From assembly GCA_012295275.1 (NCBI GenBank), contig CM022677.1:5456001-5520000 (forward strand): a DNA stretch of 64,000 nt, given 5' to 3'. The notes under the pieces are model-generated. The model had not been told where the DNA came from, did no database searches, and saw only the letters and a program-made list of their open reading frames with translations. A program made the translations under genes and the position numbers. Of the stretch, positions 1 to 9,829 are shown piece after piece. The stretch comes from Chrysomallon squamiferum (taxonomy: Eukaryota; Animalia; Mollusca). Position 1 is the stretch's first letter; each line of letters opens with the position of its first letter.

Positions 1-87
1 AACATCCCATCACAACGATAGATTGATCGTAAATAATCAATAAATTATATATATATATAATATTTATAACGTATATGACGTCACATA

Positions 88-393
88 TCTTCAAAATAAA
101 AAATCAAGACGTGATAGATTTCAACTAAACTCTTGTTTACTGTTAAAAAAACAAAGTTCCACTATTAGCTGGCTTTCTAGCTTTTGGCTTTTTGACCATA
201 ATGCGCTTTTAACCCGAAGGTGATCCGTAGGGTTCAGGCTTCGCCCGAAGGAACGTTATCACCTTCGGGTTAAAAGTACATTATGGTCAAAAAGCCAAAA
301 GCTAGAAAGCCAGCTAATAGTGGAACTTTGTTTTTTTAACAGTAAACAAGAGTTAGGTAGAAATCTATCAGGTCATGATTTTTTCTTTGAAGA
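88..393. repeat. Long palindrome 1 (parvovirus-like terminal hairpin)
   Basis: Arms 128-224 and 258-354 are 97-nt reverse complements with 2 mismatches. The 33-nt spacer is 225-257 (ccgtagggttcaggcttcgcccgaaggaacgtt). Imperfect pairing extends to about 88-393. Confidence 0.9.
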
Positions 394-396
394 GAT

Positions 397-439
397 GTCT
401 ATATATGTCACGTGATATTGTCATGTGACATATATAGAC
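397..439. repeat. Small secondary hairpin
   Basis: gtctatatatgtcac ... gtgacatatatagac are perfect 15-nt inverted arms around a 13-nt spacer. Confidence 0.75.
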
Positions 440-520
440 TATAATAATAGTATTGCGATTAATTATTACTTCAGTCGTCTTCACGTCGTTGTATGTGATA
501 GATGTTCACAGCGTTAGGTA

Positions 521-846
521 TTGATCGAATACGCTTTCGATGCTTCTGGTGAACTTGCTACATCTGCTATAATAGATTCGACTGCACCAGCTATTACAGA
601 AATAATAGGAGCTGACAGTTTGTTATTGGAACCAGCTACAGCTATAGGACAGAGTATAGTGGAGTCGTCTGTTGAAGGTATTTCTACATATACTAAAAAC
701 AAGAGACATTAGATCAATTTGTCGACTTTGTTACACCGGATATAAAGGATATAGACGCTGACGTTTCTCCATCGGAACGACAGCAATTAGAGCAGGAAGA
801 GGACGAATACGTAACTTACGTATATAGGAATAGTCCGGTTTCATGA
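521..846 (+). pseudogene. Small viral-like ORF upstream of the capsid, apparently frameshifted
   Basis: ORF 521-712 continues after a 1-nt shift as DQFVDFVTPDIKDIDADVSPSERQQLEQEEDEYVTYVYRNSPVS*. Its TGA overlaps the capsid ATG (ATGA, 843-846). Confidence 0.4.
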
Positions 847-2987
847 ATAAAGGAAAACGTCTTCTGAATAAAAAGGAAGTGACGAGACTTTGGGCTATAG
901 CTAAATCCAAAGCATTTTCGATATTATCGGATTTCAATGTCCCATTTGAAGAACGACAAACCAGGTGGCTACAGATCAGACGTCAGTATCCAAATCTACA
1001 AATTCCTAATCAAAATTTCTATCAGGCAATACAGAATCTTAGGGAGAACTATAACGCTGCTGAAGATTCGGACGAAGACGACCCTTTCAGCACCCCTTTA
1101 TACCCAGACGACGACATCAACAACAACCAACAACCAGCAGCAGGGAGAGATATTGAACGATCCGGAAATCAAGATACTAAACCAGCTATGAAACGACAAA
1201 CAAGCGAACCAGCCGGTGGAAGTAATTCTAAAGTTGCTAATAATAACAAGCAACTGTCTCACAGGATATCGCAAGATGTCATAGAACAGTCTAATTCTAA
1301 AGGAACCTATCTTCAGCCTAACGAATCGGTGATGGAACCCGATTCGATTATGAACGAAAAGGTAACAGATACAGGAGGAAGTGAGGCTGTCGAAGGTGCT
1401 CCGATCGCTTCGGCTACAGGTAATAATGTTTTGTACCAAGGATTTGGAGGATGTACTAAAGGAGCTGATCCCCGATATATAACGATAAAAAAGACATTTA
1501 AACGAACATTTACGAGTACCATTAATTTTACTAAAACCAGAAAGGCTATTATGAAAATATTAGATAATGATACGGATGATGTAAATTGGAAAAAAGCTAT
1601 AGGTGATCCTAATGTTTGTGAATTAACGTTTAATCACGGTGGTCATATTACACCCTATTGGTATAAACAGGCCAGCACCAGACCAGATGACTGGAATTTA
1701 CCCGATGATTTTGTTGGATATAAAATAAAACGATTTGGTTTCAATATAAACAATATGATTATACATGTATTAAATAATAATAAATCAGATCCGAATGAGG
1801 TACCAGTAATGGCACCTCCAAATTCACGTGTGTGGACGTTCACCGATATCTATAATGATTATGGTCCACCGGAGAAGAATTTAAACCTATCTCACAACCA
1901 TTATTTTAGAGATGAGGAATGTATGGATAGTACTAGTCTTAGGAGTATACCAGTTCAACCCGATCGTAAACTGTATCTGCCCAGTGACGTAGGAATGCAA
2001 TTATTAAACCACGCTTGGAATGGTGACGGAATAACATACACAGCCGAATCACCTAATTATATTTACGATATGAAAAAACACGATGGCTACAGAGAAACAG
2101 TCATAAGTGCTGGTGGTTTCGCTTTAGATTATACGTGTAAGGATTCACCGGTAGTGTTATTTCCATCTGAATCGTCTCAGACACTCAGTTGTACTGAAAT
2201 GTCTGGAATGTTCAAGAAAAATCACTATCAATGTTCAAACGAAAACAAAGGTAATTTGGAAGTATGGCCAACACATGACATTATAGTGACTAATACAACT
2301 ACACATCCTATGGGAACAGCAATAGCAACGTATTTTAATCATCAGTACAGAAAGGTTCACTATACGGCCTGTTTTCAAAATAATCCAGCTAAACTGCTCG
2401 GTGCTCCATCCCTTGTAGATGACGGTGGTACGAAACTTAGCAAGACAGGTGTAATGGCCAACGATGCCAATAATCCCATAGTAGATACGTGCAAAGATGG
2501 CACGCATAGACGAACGTTCCAATGCAACCGACCGCCCATTTTTTTAATCGGTTTATATCCTGATATAGAAAAAACAAGTGGTGGGGCTACACTGTTTTTT
2601 AATTATCATGCGAATATACAAATAACCTATTATAGCGAAGTAGAGTTTGTAGTGAGAACCGGAATGTGTCCAAAATACATACCCATAGGCTTGGACGGAT
2701 GTCCTGGTCCAATGCAAGGACTCACGTTCAAAGCTAACGATACGAAGCCAATGGGAAATAAAGACAATATCAAACATACCGAACAAGATCAATTTTTAGG
2801 TGAGAGTGCAAAAGAATATAAAGAACGAATTGAAAAAACCTGGAAAATGAGAACATTTGCTCCAATTTGGGATAACTGGAACAAACGTAAAGCTAGACGT
2901 AGACAATTGTGGCCTATTCACGGTGCATATGGAGATAGAAGTGTTCCGATAATGGCTAATGCTTTCGATTGGTCTTATCCTATATAA
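843..2987 (+). CDS. Parvovirus/densovirus-like capsid protein (VP), intact 714 aa, endogenous viral element
   Basis: Long intronless ORF. A disordered Gly/Ser-rich N-region is followed by YITIKKTFKRTF, then HITPYWYKQASTRPDDW..GYKIKRFGFNINNM (resembles the parvoviral TPW..SP.DW..F.L.NI core) and RPPIFLIGLYP..YHANIQITYYSEVEF (densovirus-like C-terminal strands). It is adjacent to an SF3 helicase and hairpins. AATAAA lies at 2992-2997. Confidence 0.85.
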   Translation: MNKGKRLLNKKEVTRLWAIAKSKAFSILSDFNVPFEERQTRWLQIRRQYPNLQIPNQNFYQAIQNLRENYNAAEDSDEDDPFSTPLYPDDDINNNQQPAAGRDIERSGNQDTKPAMKRQTSEPAGGSNSKVANNNKQLSHRISQDVIEQSNSKGTYLQPNESVMEPDSIMNEKVTDTGGSEAVEGAPIASATGNNVLYQGFGGCTKGADPRYITIKKTFKRTFTSTINFTKTRKAIMKILDNDTDDVNWKKAIGDPNVCELTFNHGGHITPYWYKQASTRPDDWNLPDDFVGYKIKRFGFNINNMIIHVLNNNKSDPNEVPVMAPPNSRVWTFTDIYNDYGPPEKNLNLSHNHYFRDEECMDSTSLRSIPVQPDRKLYLPSDVGMQLLNHAWNGDGITYTAESPNYIYDMKKHDGYRETVISAGGFALDYTCKDSPVVLFPSESSQTLSCTEMSGMFKKNHYQCSNENKGNLEVWPTHDIIVTNTTTHPMGTAIATYFNHQYRKVHYTACFQNNPAKLLGAPSLVDDGGTKLSKTGVMANDANNPIVDTCKDGTHRRTFQCNRPPIFLIGLYPDIEKTSGGATLFFNYHANIQITYYSEVEFVVRTGMCPKYIPIGLDGCPGPMQGLTFKANDTKPMGNKDNIKHTEQDQFLGESAKEYKERIEKTWKMRTFAPIWDNWNKRKARRRQLWPIHGAYGDRSVPIMANAFDWSYPI

Positions 2988-2999
2988 AACAAATAAAAC

Positions 3000-3039
<40 letters not shown>

Positions 3040-3137
3040 TTTAATAATAATATTTTGGTAACAATATGTCTAAAACTATTTCCTATTAACGGTGTATGAA
3101 TACAGTGAACAGTCTTAGTAAACGTTTACATTCATTT

Positions 3138-3232
3138 TGTCACGTACACATGTATGACGTTATGTTATGACGTCATGTTTAAATGGTTATAAATAAAACG
3201 TTCGTTTTGAAATTTTGTCACTCGTTAGTTGT
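3138..3232 (+). promoter_or_regulatory. Putative viral NS promoter (ACGT half-sites, CRE, TATA)
   Basis: Clustered ACGT motifs, TGACGTCA at 3168-3175, TATAAATA at 3188-3195 and Inr-like TCACTC/TTAGTT about 30 nt downstream, immediately 5' of the NS1 remnant. Confidence 0.5.
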
Positions 3233-3276
3233 TATTTCAACATTGACAAATAATATATATATATATATATATATAT

Positions 3277-4432
3277 AATCATACCTCGGGTGATAAACTG
3301 TTCAAAGCAGCTCGTTCGAAATACTTAGAAGAACAATCAGACAAAAGTGCATATGATCAGATCTGTGATTTAAACGATGCCATAGATCATTATATGACTC
3401 CAGAACACAGTTTGAAAATGTTTAACAGCTGGTGTATTGAACAAGAAATACCTGAACGATGGTTATTCTGTTTAATAGTCGGTTTGCTTAAAGGAAAAGG
3501 AAAGAAAAAAGTTGGCATATATTTCCAAGGAGAATCGGATTCGGGAAAAACAATGGTAACAAGTTCGATATTTGAATATTTACCATGTGCTGGAAAGATT
3601 GCCAAAGATAACTTTCCATGGCAGATGCTTGGAAACAAGAAAGTAGTGTTAGGTGAGGAAATATCTATTAACCAAACAAACATTGACAAGTATAAAGATT
3701 TACTGAGTGGAAGCAAAGCGACCCGCAAGAGAAAAGGAACTACGCCATGTTATTGTAGAGCAAATATCTGCATGTTAAATTCCAACAATACGTTCGGAGA
3801 TGGTTTGACAACGTCACAAATAAGTATCATGAAAACACGGTTGTACCTGGTACAGAAGTCAAAAAAAAAGTGATGTATTAAAACATTCGTATAATTTAAT
3901 GCATCCAAAGTTATTTACAATTGCACGTGAACCATATGAAGAGGAAATCAACATAGCGTTAGAAAACGATAGAGACTATTTTACTAATAAAGGAAATAAC
4001 AACATCAATGATAACACATTCGATGGTCGAAACAGTTTCTTTCATGACAATTTCGATGATAGTCAGCCAGTGCTAACAACACAGGAGCCAATATGTAATG
4101 ACATGCATGACGATAACATACAATACACCACTATATCTAGTGACGAAGAGGAGGAGTCGGAAACTAAGTCATACAATCCATCACAGGATCTGTTCATTAC
4201 ATCACAAAATGGTAAACAAACACAAGGTACTAAGAGACCACGTGAGGAGCAGGACGATCTAGACCAAAATTACATAACGGTCGGTTATGAACCGAGTGAA
4301 CCAGAACAAAAACGATTTAAATACTATATTCCAGAATCACAGCCATTCGAAGCAATGTTTACACAGACAATACTGGAAACACAAATGGATGCATTCAATA
4401 AGATGAAAGCAGAAAATGAATATGAACAGTAA
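3277..4432 (+). pseudogene. NS1: Parvoviral NS1/Rep remnant (SF3 helicase plus acidic C-terminus), 5'-truncated and frameshifted
   Basis: Walker A GIYFQGESDSGKT, Walker B VVLGEE, B' KDLLSG..RKRKG, motif C MLNSN and Arg-finger region KTRL. The frame is open from the (TA)n at ~3277, breaks at the A-run 3861-3869 and resumes in ORF 3899-4432. No HUH nuclease domain is visible. AATAAA lies at 4501-4506. Confidence 0.88.
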
Positions 4433-4607
4433 ACTTTTCAATGTTACGTCATTAATTAATATAGTTATATTCAAAACTATACTTATGTATTACAGTTTAA
4501 AATAAATAAAATAAATATATTATTGTTATTATTAAATCTTGTTATTATTTTAACAATATTTAAACTATAATACTCTTCAAAAAGAAACAAATAGTTGGAA
4601 GGAAAAT

Positions 4608-4857
4608 CTGATAGATTTCTACCTAACTCTTGTTAACTGTTAAAAAAACAAAGTTCCTCATTAGCTGGCTTTTTAGCTTTTTGGCTTTTTGACCATAATG
4701 CACTTTTAGCCCGAAGGTGATAACGTTCCTTCGGGCGAAGCCTGAACCCTACGGATCATAAGCTAAAAGTGCATTATGGTCAAAAAGCCAAAAAGCTAAA
4801 AACCCAGCTAATGAGGAACTTTGTTTTTTTAACAGTAAACAAGAGTTAGGTAGAAAT
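4608..4857. repeat. Long palindrome 2 (same family as palindrome 1, loop inverted)
   Basis: Arms ~4615-4721 and 4755-4857. Spacer 4722-4754 (aacgttccttcgggcgaagcctgaaccctacgg) is the exact reverse complement of spacer 225-257. Confidence 0.9.
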
Positions 4858-4858
4858 A

Positions 4859-5140
4859 ATGGATCAACATATAGAGATCAACAACGAAACGATGAATTAC
4901 TATGCAGTAATCATAGGTCCCAAGGACTATGATCTCGTCCATCCACAGTATCTTACAGCAAGAGCCCTTGCTAAAGACAAAGATGGCAAGTACGTAAAAA
5001 ACTTCATCAAAAGCTATATGATGGACCGTCAAGGTATGCTAGACAAAACAGCCGACCACTGGTCAACTCCACACACAGAATATCTACAAAAGGGTCATCA
5101 CAGAAATAAAAGAAGTGACAAGACTTTGGGCAATAGCTAA
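4859..5140 (+). CDS. Unassigned ORF inside the viral element (93 aa)
   Basis: ATG-initiated, non-repetitive ORF between hairpin 2 and capsid copy 2. It is not similar by eye to the region upstream of capsid copy 1. Confidence 0.3.
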   Translation: MDQHIEINNETMNYYAVIIGPKDYDLVHPQYLTARALAKDKDGKYVKNFIKSYMMDRQGMLDKTADHWSTPHTEYLQKGHHRNKRSDKTLGNS

Positions 5141-6889
5141 ATCTAAAGCATTATCTATATTAGCTGATTTAAATGTGACGGTTGATCAACGCCAAGATAG
5201 GTGGTTACAAATACGACGTCAGTATCCAAATTTACAAATACCTAATCAAAGTTTCTATAAGGCAATACAAGATCTTCGGGAAAACAATAACAAATTTGAG
5301 CATTCGGACGAAGAGGACCCTTTCGATACGCCTTTATACCCAGAAGACGAACCAATACAAATTACAACAAGATCAGAATCAAAATAAACAATGAAGAGAC
5401 AAACAAGTGAACCAGCAGGTGGATCAAGTTCCAAAGTGCCTAACAATAATCAGTTATCTGATAGAATATCGCAAGATGTACTAGAACAATCTAATTCTAA
5501 AGGAACATACCTTCAACTTCATGAATCTGTAATGGAACCTGATTCTGTTATGAATGAAGAAGTTACTGATACAGGTGGAAGCGAAGCTGTTGAAGGTGCT
5601 CCTATGGCTTCAGCTACAGGTAACAACGTTTTGTATCAAGGATTTGGAGGAACCACTAAAGGAGCTAATCCTAGATATATAACTATTAAAAAAACATTCA
5701 AACGAAAATTTACTAGTGTTATAAATTTTACTAAGACTAGGAAAGCTACAATGAAAGTATTAGATAATGGAACAGAAAATACTAATTGGAAAAAAGCTAT
5801 AGGTGATCCTAATGTTTGTGAATTAACATTTAATCATGGAGGACATATTATACCATATTGGTATAAGCAAGCTAGCACTAAACCTGATCACTGGAATTGA
5901 CCAGATGAATTTGTTGGATATAAAATTAAAAAATTTGGATTTAATATAAATAATATGATAATACATGTTTTAAATAATACTAAATCAGATCCAAATGAAG
6001 TACCAGTGATGGCACCTCCAAACGCACGAGTTTGGACATTTACAGATATTTACAATGATTATGGATTACCGGAAAGAAATTTAAAGTTGTCACATAATAA
6101 TAATTTTTTAGATGACGAATGTATGGATAACACATCTCAAAGAAGCATACCGGTTCAACCAGATCGTAAACTATATGTACCTATGATATAGGTATGCAAT
6201 TGTTAAATAATGCTTGGAATGGTAATGGTATATTGTATCAAGCAGAAACACCTAATTACATATATGATATGAAGAAACATGATGGATATAGAGAAACGGT
6301 TATTAGTGCAGGTGGATTTGGATTAGATTATACATGTAAAGATTCCCCACTTGTTATATTTCCAGGAGAATCCAGTCATACTTTAAATTTTACTCAAATG
6401 ACAGGAAATATTAGGAAAGATAGATATCAATGTAGCAATGAAAATAAAGACAATTTAGAAGTGTGGCCAACACATGAAATTACAGTAACTAATGTATCAA
6501 CACATCCTATGGCAACTGCAATAACCACATATTTTAATCATCATTATACAGCTTGTTACCAGAACAATGCATCTAAAGTTTTGGGTGCTCCATCAATGGT
6601 AGATGATGGAGGTACTAAAATGGCTAAAACTGGTGTAATGTCAAATGATGCAGATTATCCGAACATTAATACATATATAGATGGATCGCATAGAAGAACG
6701 TTTCAATGTAATAGACCTCCAATATTCCTAATTGGTTTATATCCAGATGTGGAAAAAACTACTAATGGAGCTACATTATTTTTTAATTATCATACAAATA
6801 TACAAATTACGTACTACAGCGAAGTTGAATTTTTGGTCAGAACCGGTGTGTGTCCTAAGTATATACCAATAGGTTTAGGTGGATGTTAA
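5105..6889 (+). pseudogene. Second, diverged parvovirus-like capsid gene (pseudogenised, 3'-truncated)
   Basis: Colinear with 843-2987. Lesions: in-frame stops at 5385-5387 and 5898-5900, a frameshift near 6185, a 5-codon deletion (QYRKV), and truncation after PIGLGGC. Confidence 0.9.
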
Positions 6890-6916
6890 AGTACATTTGG
6901 TCAAAAAGCCAAAAGC
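6885..6916. repeat. Fragment of hairpin arm at the virus-host junction
   Basis: gttaaagtacatttggtcaaaaagccaaaagc matches 269-302 with two 1-nt deletions. Confidence 0.8.
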
Positions 6917-7139
6917 CAGTCTGTTCAACTCTGTTAGTTAAATAGGTCAACTGATTCCATTTTATGTTTTAACGATGTTTTATAGGGTACATTTTTACCA
7001 GAACTCTTGGTATTTATTTATTTTAAGTTTTGATTAGATTATTAAGTACAGTATTCTTTCAAAACTAAATTATTTAAAAATATAAAATTAAATTTAAAAA
7101 AATATTATCTCCCTTAAACCAAAATCATTTTAAAAAAGT

Positions 7140-7666
7140 AACTTCTTTTTTCACAGACTTGTCTGTACTTGGTGCTGTGTCTGGTCCAAACATTGTGTAT
7201 ACTGAATATATCTGATCACATCTTTCATGAACAACATTGTAACTTTGAATCTAAATTCAGTAACACAATATTATACATTTTTCAATAAGAACAGTCCATG
7301 ATTCAAACAAGTAATGTTTTTAAAATGTTATTTTATCCAGTTATTCAGTTCTTTATATTTACCGTGGAGATGTTTTTTACTTCTGTTTACTTAGATCAGT
7401 AAAGTCAGAAAACCTGAAGAACTTGGAGGCAAACTTGTCAAGTCATTTAGATTCAGTGGACATCAGTTCTTGTAAATAGCTTTCTGTAAGGACTGAAATA
7501 AAAAATATTACATTCAAACATTTTAACAAGACCCACTATAATTTTATATTTTATCATTTGAATCTAAAGTAATGTTTTCAACCAATAATAAGTACAGTTA
7601 ATTTAACTGAAATAAAATAAAGTTTAATTATATTTATTTAAACAGTCTTGTTGGACCTCTATTTTT

Positions 7667-7698
<32 letters not shown>

Positions 7699-9650
7699 TC
7701 GTTCTTAAAGCAGTAACTTCCATTTTACAAGTAAGATCAGTAATATTTATCTGTTAATTTTTGAAGATACATTTTCTAAAGTACATTCCTTTTCTCCCAA
7801 CTGCTGTATCAATGTCACGTTTTGTCTTTTTCTTTGCATCTACAGATACCATTAGTTTAAAAAAGAAAATTATATATAATAATAATATTAAAATATTCTC
7901 ATATGGCATTAAATGATTTATATTTTACAGTTTATAAAATCTAGTTGTAAACTGAATTACCTGTCCATTATACTCAGCATCTGATTTCAAACAATTGAAC
8001 TCATCTGAGTTTCCGAGTTTGTACAAATTTATTTTAACGCCACGAACTGGAGAAGTGATTGTTCTTCACTGAATTGTACTACAAGCCTGGTCAACTGGTC
8101 ATCCTTGGCCTGATAGAACTTTTTCTGGTCAGCAAGGGCTTGTTTATCCTGTAAAAATAATAAACAAAACTTATCACTGATAAATAAAATTGATTTACTT
8201 AACACATTAACAATAACATTTATCATAGGATAACAAATTATTATTTAAAAGTTACCTGAAGTATTAAAAATTACAAATGATTTAGTCGTAATAAATACAT
8301 TTTACATCTTATATCATGATTAAGATATCTCTTGAAAATTATCTGCTAGTCTTTTTTTTAAAATACAGTAGTTTATAATTTTTAGTGTTCATAATCAGCA
8401 AGTTTCTTCAGTTTTGTGTCAAACTTTATAATTAACAAGATTGTTCACCATAAATAAACAAAATAATATTTTGGATGTCTTTTTTTCTTGGATTTTAATA
8501 ATAAAGAGTTCACTTTGCTTTTATCTTTTTTTTTTTTTTTTTTTTTTAATTTCAAAAACATAGGATGTTGTATATAAGATTTTTGTTAATAATAACTTTT
8601 CTGTTTTACTTATTTTCTTATGTAATATTAGTTTAATTATATCTTTGAAACCTATAAAACCCAGCAGTTTCAAACCTTTGATCTGTAGAGAACATTCTGC
8701 CCAGACAACATGGAGATAATGTGCGAATTCTGTCACGTGAACTGACATGATCAACATTGTGGACAACATGGACTGCAGTGGAAGTTCAGTCATCTTAAAT
8801 ATAACACAGAAGTACATGAATTATTAAAACTTATAACATACATATAAATGATTAATAGTTTGTTAAATTGTTAATTTATCAGTATTTAAATTGATAAATG
8901 TTTTAATTACAACTAGTTTTAATACATAAGAATCTGAAATGATCCCAGAGCTCACTCTATCCTTGAAACATTAGCGTTTCCCATTCCACACTGAGCTCCA
9001 TTAATAATTTATCTTGTATTGTGTCTGTGCCGGGTCTTAAACCACCATTAATTTCTACAGATTTTGGAATAATGTTTTAAATAAATAAACAGTTTGATAA
9101 ATTGTTAAATTCTAAATGAAAATTAAGATAATGTGATATCAGGTTTTAATTTTTGGTCTTTTTTTTAAACATTTACAGTGTTTGAAGTTAAATTCTGTTA
9201 ATTTACATATAATAAAAATAATAATCAATAAATAATTAGTAAAATAATAGGTCTGTTTCAATAGCAGTTATATCGAGGAGAAACGTGATTTATGAATTTT
9301 TTTTAGCTGCTTTTCCTAATTATTTTCTTTCCTTATTTTATTTTCTAGTCAAATTGGTTATCAAGTATTTTATTTCACAGTGGTTAATCACTGGAATAAC
9401 GTTAGAGAGAAAACTGTAAACTATGAATTAAACTGACTGCTGTGTTTTCTGTATGATTATCAAACACTTCTCACTAGTCGATGTGTAAGTCAGTGTATGA
9501 AGTGTATGAAGTGTGGGTAGTCACAGAATCAAATCACATCAGTGCTTCCATCAGACTGTTTCTGGCTCCATTATAAAAGAAAGTGAAATGTGTCTTCTTG
9601 TCCATGTGTGCACACGTAATTAAACATTTCAGATAGAAAATCCTTGAATC
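7140..9650 (-). pseudogene. Series of decayed exon-like segments of unidentified host gene(s)
   Basis: Higher-complexity blocks, mostly bounded by AG/GT on the minus strand (~9400-9650, 8930-9058, 8652-8793, 7961-8149, 7363-7493, 7142-7250), with stops in the likely frames. Confidence 0.35.
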
Positions 9651-9829
9651 TAGAAAACACAACAGATTTAGATAATTAAACCATTCAACACAATCTGCAA
9701 ATATTTCTGTTTTTCAGGTAAAAGGATATTTTCTAAGTCATTCTAAGACAGTATTTATTAATTATAATTGTATTTATGTTTGTAGAGAGGAAGGAATGTG
9801 ATGATATTTCTTCTAGATAAGATGAACAG

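Noticed and set aside
731-3728. Minus-strand ORFs over the viral genes suggesting an ambisense genome
   Set aside because: Short antisense shadows of VP and NS1 without recognisable motifs; both identifiable viral genes are on the + strand.
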